Source: Schmidtea nova
Lineage: Eukaryota
Direction of reading: 5' to 3'
Assembly (NCBI GenBank): GCA_044892505.1
Contig: CM097883.1
Location: 360,778,001-360,842,000 of the forward strand
DNA: 64,000 nt
The position numbers and the translations under genes were made by a program. The notes beneath the pieces were generated by a model, which was not told the origin of the DNA, did not search any database, and saw only the letters and a program-made list of their open reading frames with translations. Positions 23,601 to 32,016 of this stretch are shown here, piece after piece (position 1 is the first letter of the stretch; every line of letters begins with the position of its first letter).

Positions 23601-26600
23601 ATGGAAAAACGAGATGAAGTAATCAAAAAGGCGAGCAAAGTATTGTATAAGCATGTGGGCAAATGGATAAAGGAAATTGGAGGCTGGGAGAAATTAGTTA
23701 AACAAAAAACAGAATCATCAGTCGAAAAGAGAGAAAGTTACGAAGGAATACCGAGAGGTAAACCTATGAAACTTCCATTTATAATGTTTATGATCATAAT
23801 ATTATGTGCGATTACGACGCAAACAACATCTTTAATTGCGTACGATTGTTCTCAAACCAAAATGGGAAAGATTTATTCCATGGTGGACATGACAGAATGT
23901 TCTGATGCACACCCAATGAGTTTAACAGTTGAAAATGATGTAAAGTATCATGTATACCAAGAATCAGGCTTTAGACATGCGGTAGTAAGAGAGTGCATTG
24001 TAAAGAGAACGAGCTTTGTGTTTTATTGTGGCAAATGGAGTCACACATCACTAATTAAAATGTATTCAATCCCAAGGCCAGTTGATATAAACCCAGAAAA
24101 TTGCATGGCTGCGTTTCAAACAGGGGAAGTGAAAATTAGCCCCGAGGTTAAATTGAAAGCTAAATTAAATCATGCTATACGAGAAACAATTATCGAAAAA
24201 GGAACAATAAAGGCTAATGGGGATTGTAAAGGAGAACCGTACAAAATGAATGGAGAAATTATTGATCAAATTGTTGTGATGGAAGAGTATTTGACGGAAT
24301 TGAGAGAATTCCAAGGAGCTTTTGATGACGACACAGGCAAGTTACAAACGCATCCATTCTGCAATATGAAGCAGGCTAACTGTCAAACAGGAGAATCAAT
24401 TTTGGTGTACGAAGTTAAGACAAATCTATGTAATTTAATACATTTGAAAACAATGAGTTTTAATGAAATGAGTGGAGAACAGTTGAGAGAAAGACCGGAA
24501 AATTTGAATGTGGAGGCAAAACCGGACATGACAATCAGAATTACCCCATTGAGAACCAGAAAAACTCCAGTTGTTTTGATGTCAACTTTATTAGATGACG
24601 GTATGAGATTTATTCGAAAAAATGTGGTAAATAAATGTGGTCAAACGGTGTATGAGACCAATTATAAAGGAATTTATGTATCCAAGAAAAGAGTCGAGGA
24701 AGCTCAAGTCCAAATACATAGTACGGATATCAAATTGACAAATTATTTTAATAACAAAATAGACTATTTGTTCCACTACAGTCAAAGTATTATGGAAAAT
24801 ATTTACAGAGAAATGATATTAAACGATTGTAAGTTGAATAAAGAAATACTACGGAACAGAATGGCGATGGCAGTCACAAATCCAAACTTGGTAGCACCTA
24901 TGTTAATATCAGAAAACGGTGTGTTTGCAAGAGTATTTGGAGAAGCATTGTATAGCTACAAATGCAACGAGATTCCCGTGCAAATTATAAAGTACGAGCA
25001 ATGTACCAATGAATTGCCAGTAAGTGTTAATGGTAAATTGAGATTCATGGAGCCAATAACTCGAATATTGTTGGAAGAAGACGCGAAACCTAAACTTTTA
25101 AAATGTAACCGATTGCTCGCACCATTATATCGACTAACATCAGATTCGTGGATATCATTACCAGATCATAAAGGAGTAAGAAATCCAGAAAAATTAGAAT
25201 TAACAAAACTTGAATATTTAATAAATTTTACATCATTGGACAAATTAGCACAAACTGGGTTGTATTCTCAAGAAGATGTTGAAGAAGCCCGAAGAAATCT
25301 ACTATTTCCATCAAAGAAAGAACGAGTCATTACTGAAATGATTGATACTATATTACCAAGTGGTGAAGGCAAAGTAAATTATGATTATTTACTAACACCA
25401 GATCATTATAAGAAAGCAGCGTACAATACGATGAAAAAGATATGGGGGAAATTCATGTTTTTGGGACAAGCATGTGCAGGATTAATTGGAATTTATGTTA
25501 TGTTCGTGGTGATTAAAGTGATAATATCTCAAATACTAACTACTCATCAGCTATATGTTATTTCGGGATGGTCCTGGAAACTGATTATCGGATGTATTCC
25601 ATTTCTGGCAAGATTTGTAATTACAAAGCATCAATATAAAGAGATGGGGAAAGTCAAGTCACGACTAAATAATGACGGAAGAGACATTGATTCGAGTTCG
25701 GACAGCGAGAGTGGGAATGGGGGTAAAGTAAAAGTACCTCCAATATATTATTATAAAAACAGTAAAATTAAAATTAATGATATACGAGAAAAATCTAAAT
25801 CTTTGAATTTATTACAATCGGTACCACAAACAAGTGAAACAGACACATTCAGGCGATTATGCATTCCAAAAACTTTTCTACCAACAGCACCAATATATCC
25901 AGTAGAGAAGTTAAAAGAAATGAGACCAGTTGAAAACATTGAATTGACAAATGAGCAAATCGCACCAACTAGTGCAGAAATTGAAAGGAGAAACATGCTG
26001 GGATTACCAGGAAATTATGCATTAATGACAATTGGAAATAAAGGAAGACAGCCAAGAATATGGATACAAGTGAATAAACATAGAGTCGAAGCATTAATAG
26101 ATTCAGGCTCAAGCAATACAATATTATCAGATAAATTATTAAATTCAGGGGAAAGAGCACGAATGAAAAGCACAGAAGAAGTTGTACGATCAATGACGAA
26201 AAACAAATTAAATATCATTGGACAGATCAGAGTAAAATTCAATATTGGAAATAAAGAAATTGTTCATAATGCGCTAATAATGAAAGATAGCCCAGTAATG
26301 TGTTTGGTAGGGATGGATGTGTTGGAGCAATTGGAAGGAGTCTCTCTTGATTTGAAAACCGGAAATCTAATTGTAGGGAAAACAGGAAAAGTTATTCATG
26401 AAACGGGAGATGTGTTTCTAAATCAAACGTTAAGAGTACCACCTCAGAGTGAAGTTATTTGTTATGTGAATACAATGAGAGTTCCAGACGATGAATTTAT
26501 ATTTCAACCAAGTGAGAATTTAATTGCCAAATATGATACTCCAATATGCGACGAAGTAGTGAAAGTTCAAGATCAATTAATTCCTGTTCGCATCACTAAC

Positions 26601-29600
26601 AATAGCGACAAAGAAGTGTCATTTAAACCAAAAACGAAATTAGGAAAGCTAACAAAAATCCAAAAAATCAATAATAAAAGATTACCAAAAAATATTAAAA
26701 TATACAAAGAACCCCAAGTTGACAGTGCAGAGTTGACGCAAGAGCAAACACAAACATTTACAAAATTGTTGAGAAAATATCAAGATATTTTTGCGAAACA
26801 TGAGTATGATTTGGGAGTAACTCATATAATTGAACATGAAATTCCATTAATTGATGAAACTCCAATTAAATTACGACCATACAGAATTCCGTATGCGCAT
26901 CAAGACGAAAGCGATAGACAAATAAAGGCTATGAAAGAATTCCATATTATTAGAGACAGTTTTTCACCATTTTCTTCCTCTATTGTTGTAGTCAAAAAGA
27001 AAGACGGTGAACTGAGATTTTGTATTGACTACCGAAAACTGAATCAAGTGACAAGAAAGGATACGTATCCCATTCCGGTTCCTCAGGAAATGTTTGACAA
27101 AATGGGAGAAGCTCAATATTTTACTGTTATTGATTTAAACAAAGGCTACAATCAATTCAAAGTTAAAGAGACAGATAAAGGGAAAACAGCGTTTTCAGAT
27201 GGAAAAGGTTTGTATGAATTTAATGTTTTACCATTTGGTTTAACAGGTGCACCAGCGACATTTCAAAGAGGAATGAATTTTGTGCTGCGAGATATTCCAC
27301 ACGCCTTGGTATATATTGATGATATTATAATCTTCTCAGGTAATTTCAAAGAGCACATGAGAGATGTGGAAACAGTATTTAAACGGCTCAGAGAAGCAAA
27401 TCTCAAAATTAAACCATCAAAATGTGAATGGGGAAAGTCAGAGGTAGTGTATGTTGGACATATTATTTCACGAAAAGGTCTACAACCAAATCCAGAAAAT
27501 GTTAAGAAAATTAAAGATTATCCAACTCCAAAAAATGTTGATGATATTAGACAATTTCTCGGGTTAGCAAGCTATTACAGAAAATTTATTAGAAACTTTG
27601 CACATGTTGCTCAACCATTAACGATGCTATTAAAGAAAACCACAAAATTCGTGTGGGGCAAAGCTCAGCAGGATATTTTCGAAATACTCAAACAAAAGTT
27701 AATGATGAATCCAATATTACGATGTCCTGATTTCACAAAGACATTTATGTTAATGACGGACGCAAGCGGTTTTGCGTTGGGAGCGGTATTAGGACAAAAG
27801 GTTGAAGGAGAAAAAGATCATGTAATCGCATATGCTAGTCGATCATTGAAACCACATGAGAAAAACTATTCAACAATCGAAAAAGAAACTCTTGCTCTAG
27901 TATATGGCATAACAACATTTCGACAGTACTTAGTTGGCCGAAAATTCATTGTCTATACAGACCATAATCCATTACAATGGTTAATGAAGCATCGAGATGC
28001 AGCAAGTAAATTAATTAGGTGGTCGTTAGCCTTGCAAGAATATGACTTTGAAATCAAATATCGAACAGGAAAATCAAATGCTAATGCTGATACCTTGTCT
28101 AGAATTCCAAATGAGGAAATTAATAATAACCAGGAAGAAATAAATTTAAGAGATACTGTATTTGCAGTAGTTAAAGCAGCAAATAATATGGCAGAGCTAC
28201 AGAGAGATCAAGAAATGGATGAGGAGCTGAAACAAATAATAAAACATACAGTAATAATGAAAAAAGATAAAGAATTGAAACAATTAATCGAGGAAAAACA
28301 TAAATATGTTATTCACAGAGGTATATTAAAATATATTAAAAATGATGAATTGTTAATAGTGGTTCCAATAATACATCGAAATACGTTATTATTACAGTAC
28401 CATGACATGGCATTGGGAGGACATTTGTCAGCAAGAAAAACACTGTCGCGAATAAAACTAAAATATTTCTGGAATACAATGGAGCAGGATGTAAAGCAAT
28501 GGTGCAACACTTGCAAAATATGCCTGACTCGAAGAAATACTGGAAAGAAAATAAAGGTTCCTCTAAAACCAATGCCAATACCAGCAGCGCCAATGGAATT
28601 TTCAGCAATGGATATCATCGGGCCTTTACCCGAGACAACGAATGGAAATAAATACATTTTGGTATTCTGTGATTATTTAACCAAATGGCCAGAAGCGTTT
28701 GCTATGCCAAACCAAAAGGCAGAAACTGTTGCACAAATATTTGTTGAAGAAATCATATTTAGATATGGAGTTCCAAAGAAATTGCTAACAGATCAAGGGA
28801 CAAACTTTCAGAGTGATCTGTTTAAATCTATTACAGAATTATTTGGTATATATAAATTGAGCACATCACCATATCATCCACAAACAGATGGGTTAGTGGA
28901 AAGATTTAATGGTACATTAATTAATATGATCTCATCCTACGTGAATCGAAAGCAAAAAGACTGGGATCTGTTCATTAGACCATGCTTATATGCCTATCGA
29001 AATTCAGTAAATGAGAGTACGGGAGAAACGCCCTTTTATCTTATGTACCTAAGACGAAATAATATGCCAATCGATTTAGAGTTCCAATCACCAACTTCCC
29101 AATATTTAGAGATTCCAAATTATAAAGTTGCTCTGCAAGAACGTTTACAATCCGCTTGGACTCAAGCCGGATTAAAAATAAAATATCGACAGGAGCAATA
29201 TAAAGAAAGTTACGATAAAAAAGCGCATGAGCACGGAATAAAAATTGGCGACCTAGTGTATCTAAATAAGCCAGAGCCAACAAAGGGACTCTCAACAAAA
29301 TTACAAAGACCATTCAAAGGTCCGTATACGGTCTGTGATGCGACTGCAACAAATCTAAAATTGCGACCAATTAATAATAAAAAAGCAGAAACAATTGTAG
29401 TTCATGCCAATAGATGTAAGAAAGTGCCTGAACTGGAACATCAGCTACGAAATAAACAAAACAAAACAAATGATGAAATAGAAATCCGGCAAAAGTTCCA
29501 AAAAAATCCAACTCCATTGAGTTATATGAATAAAGTTTTATTCATAACGACAGTTTTAATAAATATGGTAACGAACACAGTTGGAATAAAAATGGATATA

Positions 29601-30326
29601 CCATATGCGGTCAATAAATTACCATCTTTAGAGAAAATAGACGTATACTTAATGAAAGTAGTTCTCACTCTTAATCTGTCAAGGAACAATTACAAAAAAC
29701 CACTTCGTAATAAAGGAATTTATACAAACAATCAATTGTTTGAAAGAAATGTTCAAATTGAGATGATATACTGGAATAAAACGAATCAAGTTCAAATTGA
29801 AAATTGTGATACTACAATAATTGTTTCATATAAAGCTGAGGTCGAGGGAAAAGTAACTATTATTATAAATAATAAAATTAAGGTGGTATTGAATGAACAC
29901 CGAAACAGAGCGAGAGTCAGTACTCAGAACTCAGGAACCGAATCACAAACAAGCAAACTCCTTATAGCAAACCAATGCAGCAAAGGGAAAACCAATCCAG
30001 ACCGATGGCAAACTATATGCATAAAAGACAGACAGATCTATTTCGTTCTCGATCAACCCTCTAAACAAACCCTTGATCACAATCTAACTCTACCATTAAC
30101 TCTTTCATGTACAAAAATCGAAAACTTTTCATTAAACTATAAAGAAAATTCATTCACTAACAATTGTGTTGATATGTTTTCTGTATGTATCATAATGGCA
30201 AGACCAAGAGTGATCTTGCTCATTTGCTTTATCCTCATTTCACGAACTGACAAAAGAAACAATTCTAATTGTGATTTTCAATATTCTGAGTCGCAGATAT
30301 CAATGCGGTTGGAATCAAGGGTGTAG
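20637..30326 (+). CDS. 3229-aa Gag-UBL-UBL-Bcl2-like-Env-PR-RT-RNaseH-IN polyprotein
   Basis: No internal stop. Gag core, 3 CCHC knuckles, DSG protease (26100), YIDD (27312), TDAS/EKE/TDH RNase H, HHCC + D,D,E integrase and a GPY motif. GTG at 20637; first ATG at 20682. Confidence 0.95.
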   Translation: MSRYNLRSKSKKEPIMSSEDLPVSVIKENNDFASCQRLPVEQYGGDPVIFVDFMSDYYMYATAYGWSQAIMIQRLPLYLKGAAREVWQQIDKKLIGNDWAKLKDALAAKLIGGDIKRLMRQKFYSRVQNPNETVSEFAYHLSTLASKSFEEDSKQPGLAQQMQELIQDQFLSGINKEIKTALCCVDYDNFDELVKKAMKIELNLKSTKNKSDVFAIIPAQRERSITPTQNNWEPENRFQRSKSPSPKWRTELNINRPSRNFQGAERSRVIQCENCKKIGHYANQCWFKNNSDSTPRRITQDYRTNDRGTNFRRTVPDIKSNVNEVQCYRCGRKGHVSRNCFSRSRSPSTSPSPQRDNVNLNGQIQCHLCRNYGHIARSCPRNTNKFQRPILKRTIRFQDENPSNDNIAYVQQDGFREKIESDVKQLNQKLNKLIAKFESDEETDTHMMTRKELSESESESDKVQINKAKADIQSERSTVFIAKIRKLVAEPDVNSQKITELFTRLTKIPLSLTKIKTVIKLCAECYAASVEKRDVFKDFMRIFGQYLRKNKWLDPIFIQMNAPDGTKSNYKIDAYEKVRELKREVMHKCESWAVELKFMDQVLEDGEFLVDYGLIPGGENEMQMTNMIAKEKTVTNDSDEIRFELMEALLKGNTGDIIDKLNNILNLELKVEDKLKILDCVRPYMNAENEYGKTIKTLIQKFGQEFREEGIYNEPFVVLLKINGQGVEYTDEHWYTKVNKIRRRTAEIMGNDGIIVLTYKGFELDDDEYLFDCGCMPRKRNEDRFLTDQNFINDIIAVKQVDTDEVEKGYKIELPEFGSETMDNEDEISKEQEMTEHGEEQETEQRIDESIIKTEVKNEAYMTEMEIDNITEERQRKDLYEVRCEIIQRLQGERGQKELKETEKVVRALANELYGEAAEKTQVELYVRKIAKKLKKRLYVVLRYVKDNKEFCDDGVITNMMTGEMDRDLVLTITSYILLEIGTHDYVNMEKRDEVIKKASKVLYKHVGKWIKEIGGWEKLVKQKTESSVEKRESYEGIPRGKPMKLPFIMFMIIILCAITTQTTSLIAYDCSQTKMGKIYSMVDMTECSDAHPMSLTVENDVKYHVYQESGFRHAVVRECIVKRTSFVFYCGKWSHTSLIKMYSIPRPVDINPENCMAAFQTGEVKISPEVKLKAKLNHAIRETIIEKGTIKANGDCKGEPYKMNGEIIDQIVVMEEYLTELREFQGAFDDDTGKLQTHPFCNMKQANCQTGESILVYEVKTNLCNLIHLKTMSFNEMSGEQLRERPENLNVEAKPDMTIRITPLRTRKTPVVLMSTLLDDGMRFIRKNVVNKCGQTVYETNYKGIYVSKKRVEEAQVQIHSTDIKLTNYFNNKIDYLFHYSQSIMENIYREMILNDCKLNKEILRNRMAMAVTNPNLVAPMLISENGVFARVFGEALYSYKCNEIPVQIIKYEQCTNELPVSVNGKLRFMEPITRILLEEDAKPKLLKCNRLLAPLYRLTSDSWISLPDHKGVRNPEKLELTKLEYLINFTSLDKLAQTGLYSQEDVEEARRNLLFPSKKERVITEMIDTILPSGEGKVNYDYLLTPDHYKKAAYNTMKKIWGKFMFLGQACAGLIGIYVMFVVIKVIISQILTTHQLYVISGWSWKLIIGCIPFLARFVITKHQYKEMGKVKSRLNNDGRDIDSSSDSESGNGGKVKVPPIYYYKNSKIKINDIREKSKSLNLLQSVPQTSETDTFRRLCIPKTFLPTAPIYPVEKLKEMRPVENIELTNEQIAPTSAEIERRNMLGLPGNYALMTIGNKGRQPRIWIQVNKHRVEALIDSGSSNTILSDKLLNSGERARMKSTEEVVRSMTKNKLNIIGQIRVKFNIGNKEIVHNALIMKDSPVMCLVGMDVLEQLEGVSLDLKTGNLIVGKTGKVIHETGDVFLNQTLRVPPQSEVICYVNTMRVPDDEFIFQPSENLIAKYDTPICDEVVKVQDQLIPVRITNNSDKEVSFKPKTKLGKLTKIQKINNKRLPKNIKIYKEPQVDSAELTQEQTQTFTKLLRKYQDIFAKHEYDLGVTHIIEHEIPLIDETPIKLRPYRIPYAHQDESDRQIKAMKEFHIIRDSFSPFSSSIVVVKKKDGELRFCIDYRKLNQVTRKDTYPIPVPQEMFDKMGEAQYFTVIDLNKGYNQFKVKETDKGKTAFSDGKGLYEFNVLPFGLTGAPATFQRGMNFVLRDIPHALVYIDDIIIFSGNFKEHMRDVETVFKRLREANLKIKPSKCEWGKSEVVYVGHIISRKGLQPNPENVKKIKDYPTPKNVDDIRQFLGLASYYRKFIRNFAHVAQPLTMLLKKTTKFVWGKAQQDIFEILKQKLMMNPILRCPDFTKTFMLMTDASGFALGAVLGQKVEGEKDHVIAYASRSLKPHEKNYSTIEKETLALVYGITTFRQYLVGRKFIVYTDHNPLQWLMKHRDAASKLIRWSLALQEYDFEIKYRTGKSNANADTLSRIPNEEINNNQEEINLRDTVFAVVKAANNMAELQRDQEMDEELKQIIKHTVIMKKDKELKQLIEEKHKYVIHRGILKYIKNDELLIVVPIIHRNTLLLQYHDMALGGHLSARKTLSRIKLKYFWNTMEQDVKQWCNTCKICLTRRNTGKKIKVPLKPMPIPAAPMEFSAMDIIGPLPETTNGNKYILVFCDYLTKWPEAFAMPNQKAETVAQIFVEEIIFRYGVPKKLLTDQGTNFQSDLFKSITELFGIYKLSTSPYHPQTDGLVERFNGTLINMISSYVNRKQKDWDLFIRPCLYAYRNSVNESTGETPFYLMYLRRNNMPIDLEFQSPTSQYLEIPNYKVALQERLQSAWTQAGLKIKYRQEQYKESYDKKAHEHGIKIGDLVYLNKPEPTKGLSTKLQRPFKGPYTVCDATATNLKLRPINNKKAETIVVHANRCKKVPELEHQLRNKQNKTNDEIEIRQKFQKNPTPLSYMNKVLFITTVLINMVTNTVGIKMDIPYAVNKLPSLEKIDVYLMKVVLTLNLSRNNYKKPLRNKGIYTNNQLFERNVQIEMIYWNKTNQVQIENCDTTIIVSYKAEVEGKVTIIINNKIKVVLNEHRNRARVSTQNSGTESQTSKLLIANQCSKGKTNPDRWQTICIKDRQIYFVLDQPSKQTLDHNLTLPLTLSCTKIENFSLNYKENSFTNNCVDMFSVCIIMARPRVILLICFILISRTDKRNNSNCDFQYSESQISMRLESRV
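20750..21773 (+). other. Gag capsid region and three CX2CX4HX4C zinc knuckles
   Basis: LPLYLKGAAREVW...RVQNPNETVSEF...DQFLSGI; knuckles start at 21450, 21615 and 21732. Confidence 0.92.
22299..22510 (+). other. Ubiquitin-like domain 1 (about aa 555-625)
   Basis: LKFMDQVLEDGEFLVDYGL aligns with ubiquitin LIFAGKQLEDGRTLSDYNI; preceded by a beta-beta-alpha pattern. No di-Gly terminus. Confidence 0.75.
22779..22990 (+). other. Ubiquitin-like domain 2 (about aa 715-785)
   Basis: VLTYKGFELDDDEYLFDCG; same layout as UBL1, 160 aa downstream. Confidence 0.62.
23268..23705 (+). other. Bcl-2-like domain (about aa 878-1023)
   Basis: BH2-like KVLYKHVGKWIKEIGGWEKLV (compare Bcl-xL TYLNDHLEPWIQENGGWDTFV), BH3-like VVRALANEL, and a degenerate BH1 at about the expected spacing. 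Confidence 0.68.
23766..25630 (+). other. Env-like glycoprotein, chuvirus-G/class III fusion type, with signal peptide and C-terminal TM
   Basis: MKLPFIMFMIIILCAITT signal, then LIAYDC; Cys pattern ...NDCKLNKEIL...NP...GEALYSYKC..C.NELPV...F.EP.TRIL...C; TM at 25452 onward followed by SGWSWKL. Confidence 0.85.
26040..26370 (+). other. Retropepsin (aspartic protease)
   Basis: VEALIDSGSSNTIL...CLVGMDVLEQL. Confidence 0.93.
26760..28110 (+). other. Reverse transcriptase and RNase H
   Basis: RFCIDYRKLN, LPFGLTGAPATFQ, YIDDIII, FLGLASYYRKFI, TDASGFALGAVL, EKETLA, TDHNPL. Confidence 0.97.
28380..29420 (+). other. Integrase (HHCC, DDE core, GPY/F)
   Basis: YHD..LGGH...C..C; AMDIIGP; LTDQGTNF; DGLVERFN; RPFKGPY. 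Confidence 0.96.
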
Positions 30327-30599
30327 TAAGCTACTATTTTGCATGTAATGACAATATACAGTATTATTTCCCTTATATTTCTTTAGTTAATGATTCTTTA
30401 ATAATCAATTGATAATCTTTTGTTGTAAAATATGTTGTTAAAATTTAAATTATATTGATGTAATTTGATTGGTCGAATAATCACACTGTAGGGGGAGAGA
30501 ATTTTTGGATATAATGATGGCGGTGGTTTTCAGAGTTTGACTTGGAAAATTTTTAAAGAAAAAAAAAAAAAAACGATCAAAATTAAATCTAAAGGAAGA

Positions 30600-32016
30600 A
30601 TGGAAAAAATCAACAGACCAGCAAGATTATACGGGAAATATTATCAAGAAAGAAGAAGCTATACAGACAAAGTTATCGTAATAGAAGAAAATTTGAAAAT
30701 TCCTAATTGGGTAAGGTTAGGGAATGAAGAAATGAGAATATGTATGGTGGAATTGGAATGGAAATCCAATACGAAATTTTCAGAAGTGTTAATAAGAAGA
30801 AACGAAGAGACATGGGAGGTTCATGTTTTTAAAGGAAGAGTAGAAATTTTAGAGAATGATGCAACGGTTCTACAAACATTGGAAACTAATTCATCATGGA
30901 AGATATCAAAAGAAATATGGCATAAGAAGATGCGAGCAGCCAATGGAACGGCTTGCATTGTTTTAGAATGCCGAGGACCAGCTCCAACAATCCCGGCATT
31001 AGAACAAATTATGACCAATGAAGAAGAAAATAGGTTACTCCCGATAACCGAAGAAATGTTAAAGCACCGAAAATCATTTTTGAGAAAACAAATGACAAAA
31101 GAAGAAATTAGAAAAAATATTATGTTCATGGACGCGGAATATGGCGTAAGTGAGCAAAACAAGATGGTTCCGCTGTCTATTTGTTTAATAAACTATGACG
31201 GAAGAATATTGTATAACTCATTAATAACCCCCAGAGAAAAGCTAAAAAATTACGTTACCCAAATTCACGGCATCACAGAGAAGATGTCAAGAAATCAAGA
31301 TGATCAATACAAGAGTCAGAGGAAAATTCAGCAATTAACGGCAAGGAAAATCTTGATTGGACATGATCTCCAAAGCGAACTATTATACAGTGGAGTACAG
31401 ACAAGGGATCTATGGGGGTATTCGCGATTTGGCGGCAGCTCGAGCATTGACAAAAAGAAGAGTCACAAGGAACGGGCAATGGTATAAATTGTCAATAGTA
31501 GCCGAAGAAATATGTGGCATCAGAATGCAAAAAGGGAATCATACGGCATTAGAAGACACTGATGCAATTATAAGAATTTATTTGGCCATAGAAAATGAAT
31601 GGCAGGATGATGTAGAGTGTGCTGAAACAACCAGCAAAAGAAAATATTCGTTAGAAGAGTATAGGAAAAGAAAGGCTCCAACAACCAGTGAGCAGATGGA
31701 GGAACCAAAAGAGAAGAGGAAAGCAGAAGTTCAGCAAATGGAACAAGACATTCACATGGTGGAACACATGCATATTGCTCGTGAGAAAACTGCGAAAATG
31801 ATGGTTGAGAAAAAACTTGATTTATTTAAAAATGCAATTGTGGAAATGGACAAAATAATGATGCAACAAAATAGTGTTGAAAAAGGAAATCAAACAAAAG
31901 AAGGAATAGTGGTCGATAAGATGATCACGTTCAATGGTGAGGAATTGGAAGCAACAAAGGTTGTCGTCACGTATAGAGGAAGAAACCAAACTATCAAAAT
32001 TGTAATTGATAAATAG
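30600..32016 (+). CDS. Accessory ORF2: cupin-like domain + DEDDh 3'-5' exonuclease (REXO4/ISG20-like) + charged tail; one frameshift near 31414-31418
   Basis: ExoI FMDAEY (31131), SICLINYDG.ILYNSLITP.EK..NY.T.IHGIT, ExoII ILIGHDLQSEL, then in the next frame IRDLA...L..VAEEI.G...Q.G.HTALED (31540-31557). Removing one G from the G5 run gives a 471-aa protein from ATG 30600. Confidence 0.82.

Noticed and set aside
20980-31479. Numerous minus-strand ORFs opposite the polyprotein and ORF2
   Set aside because: Antisense shadows of a long coding frame; no domains.
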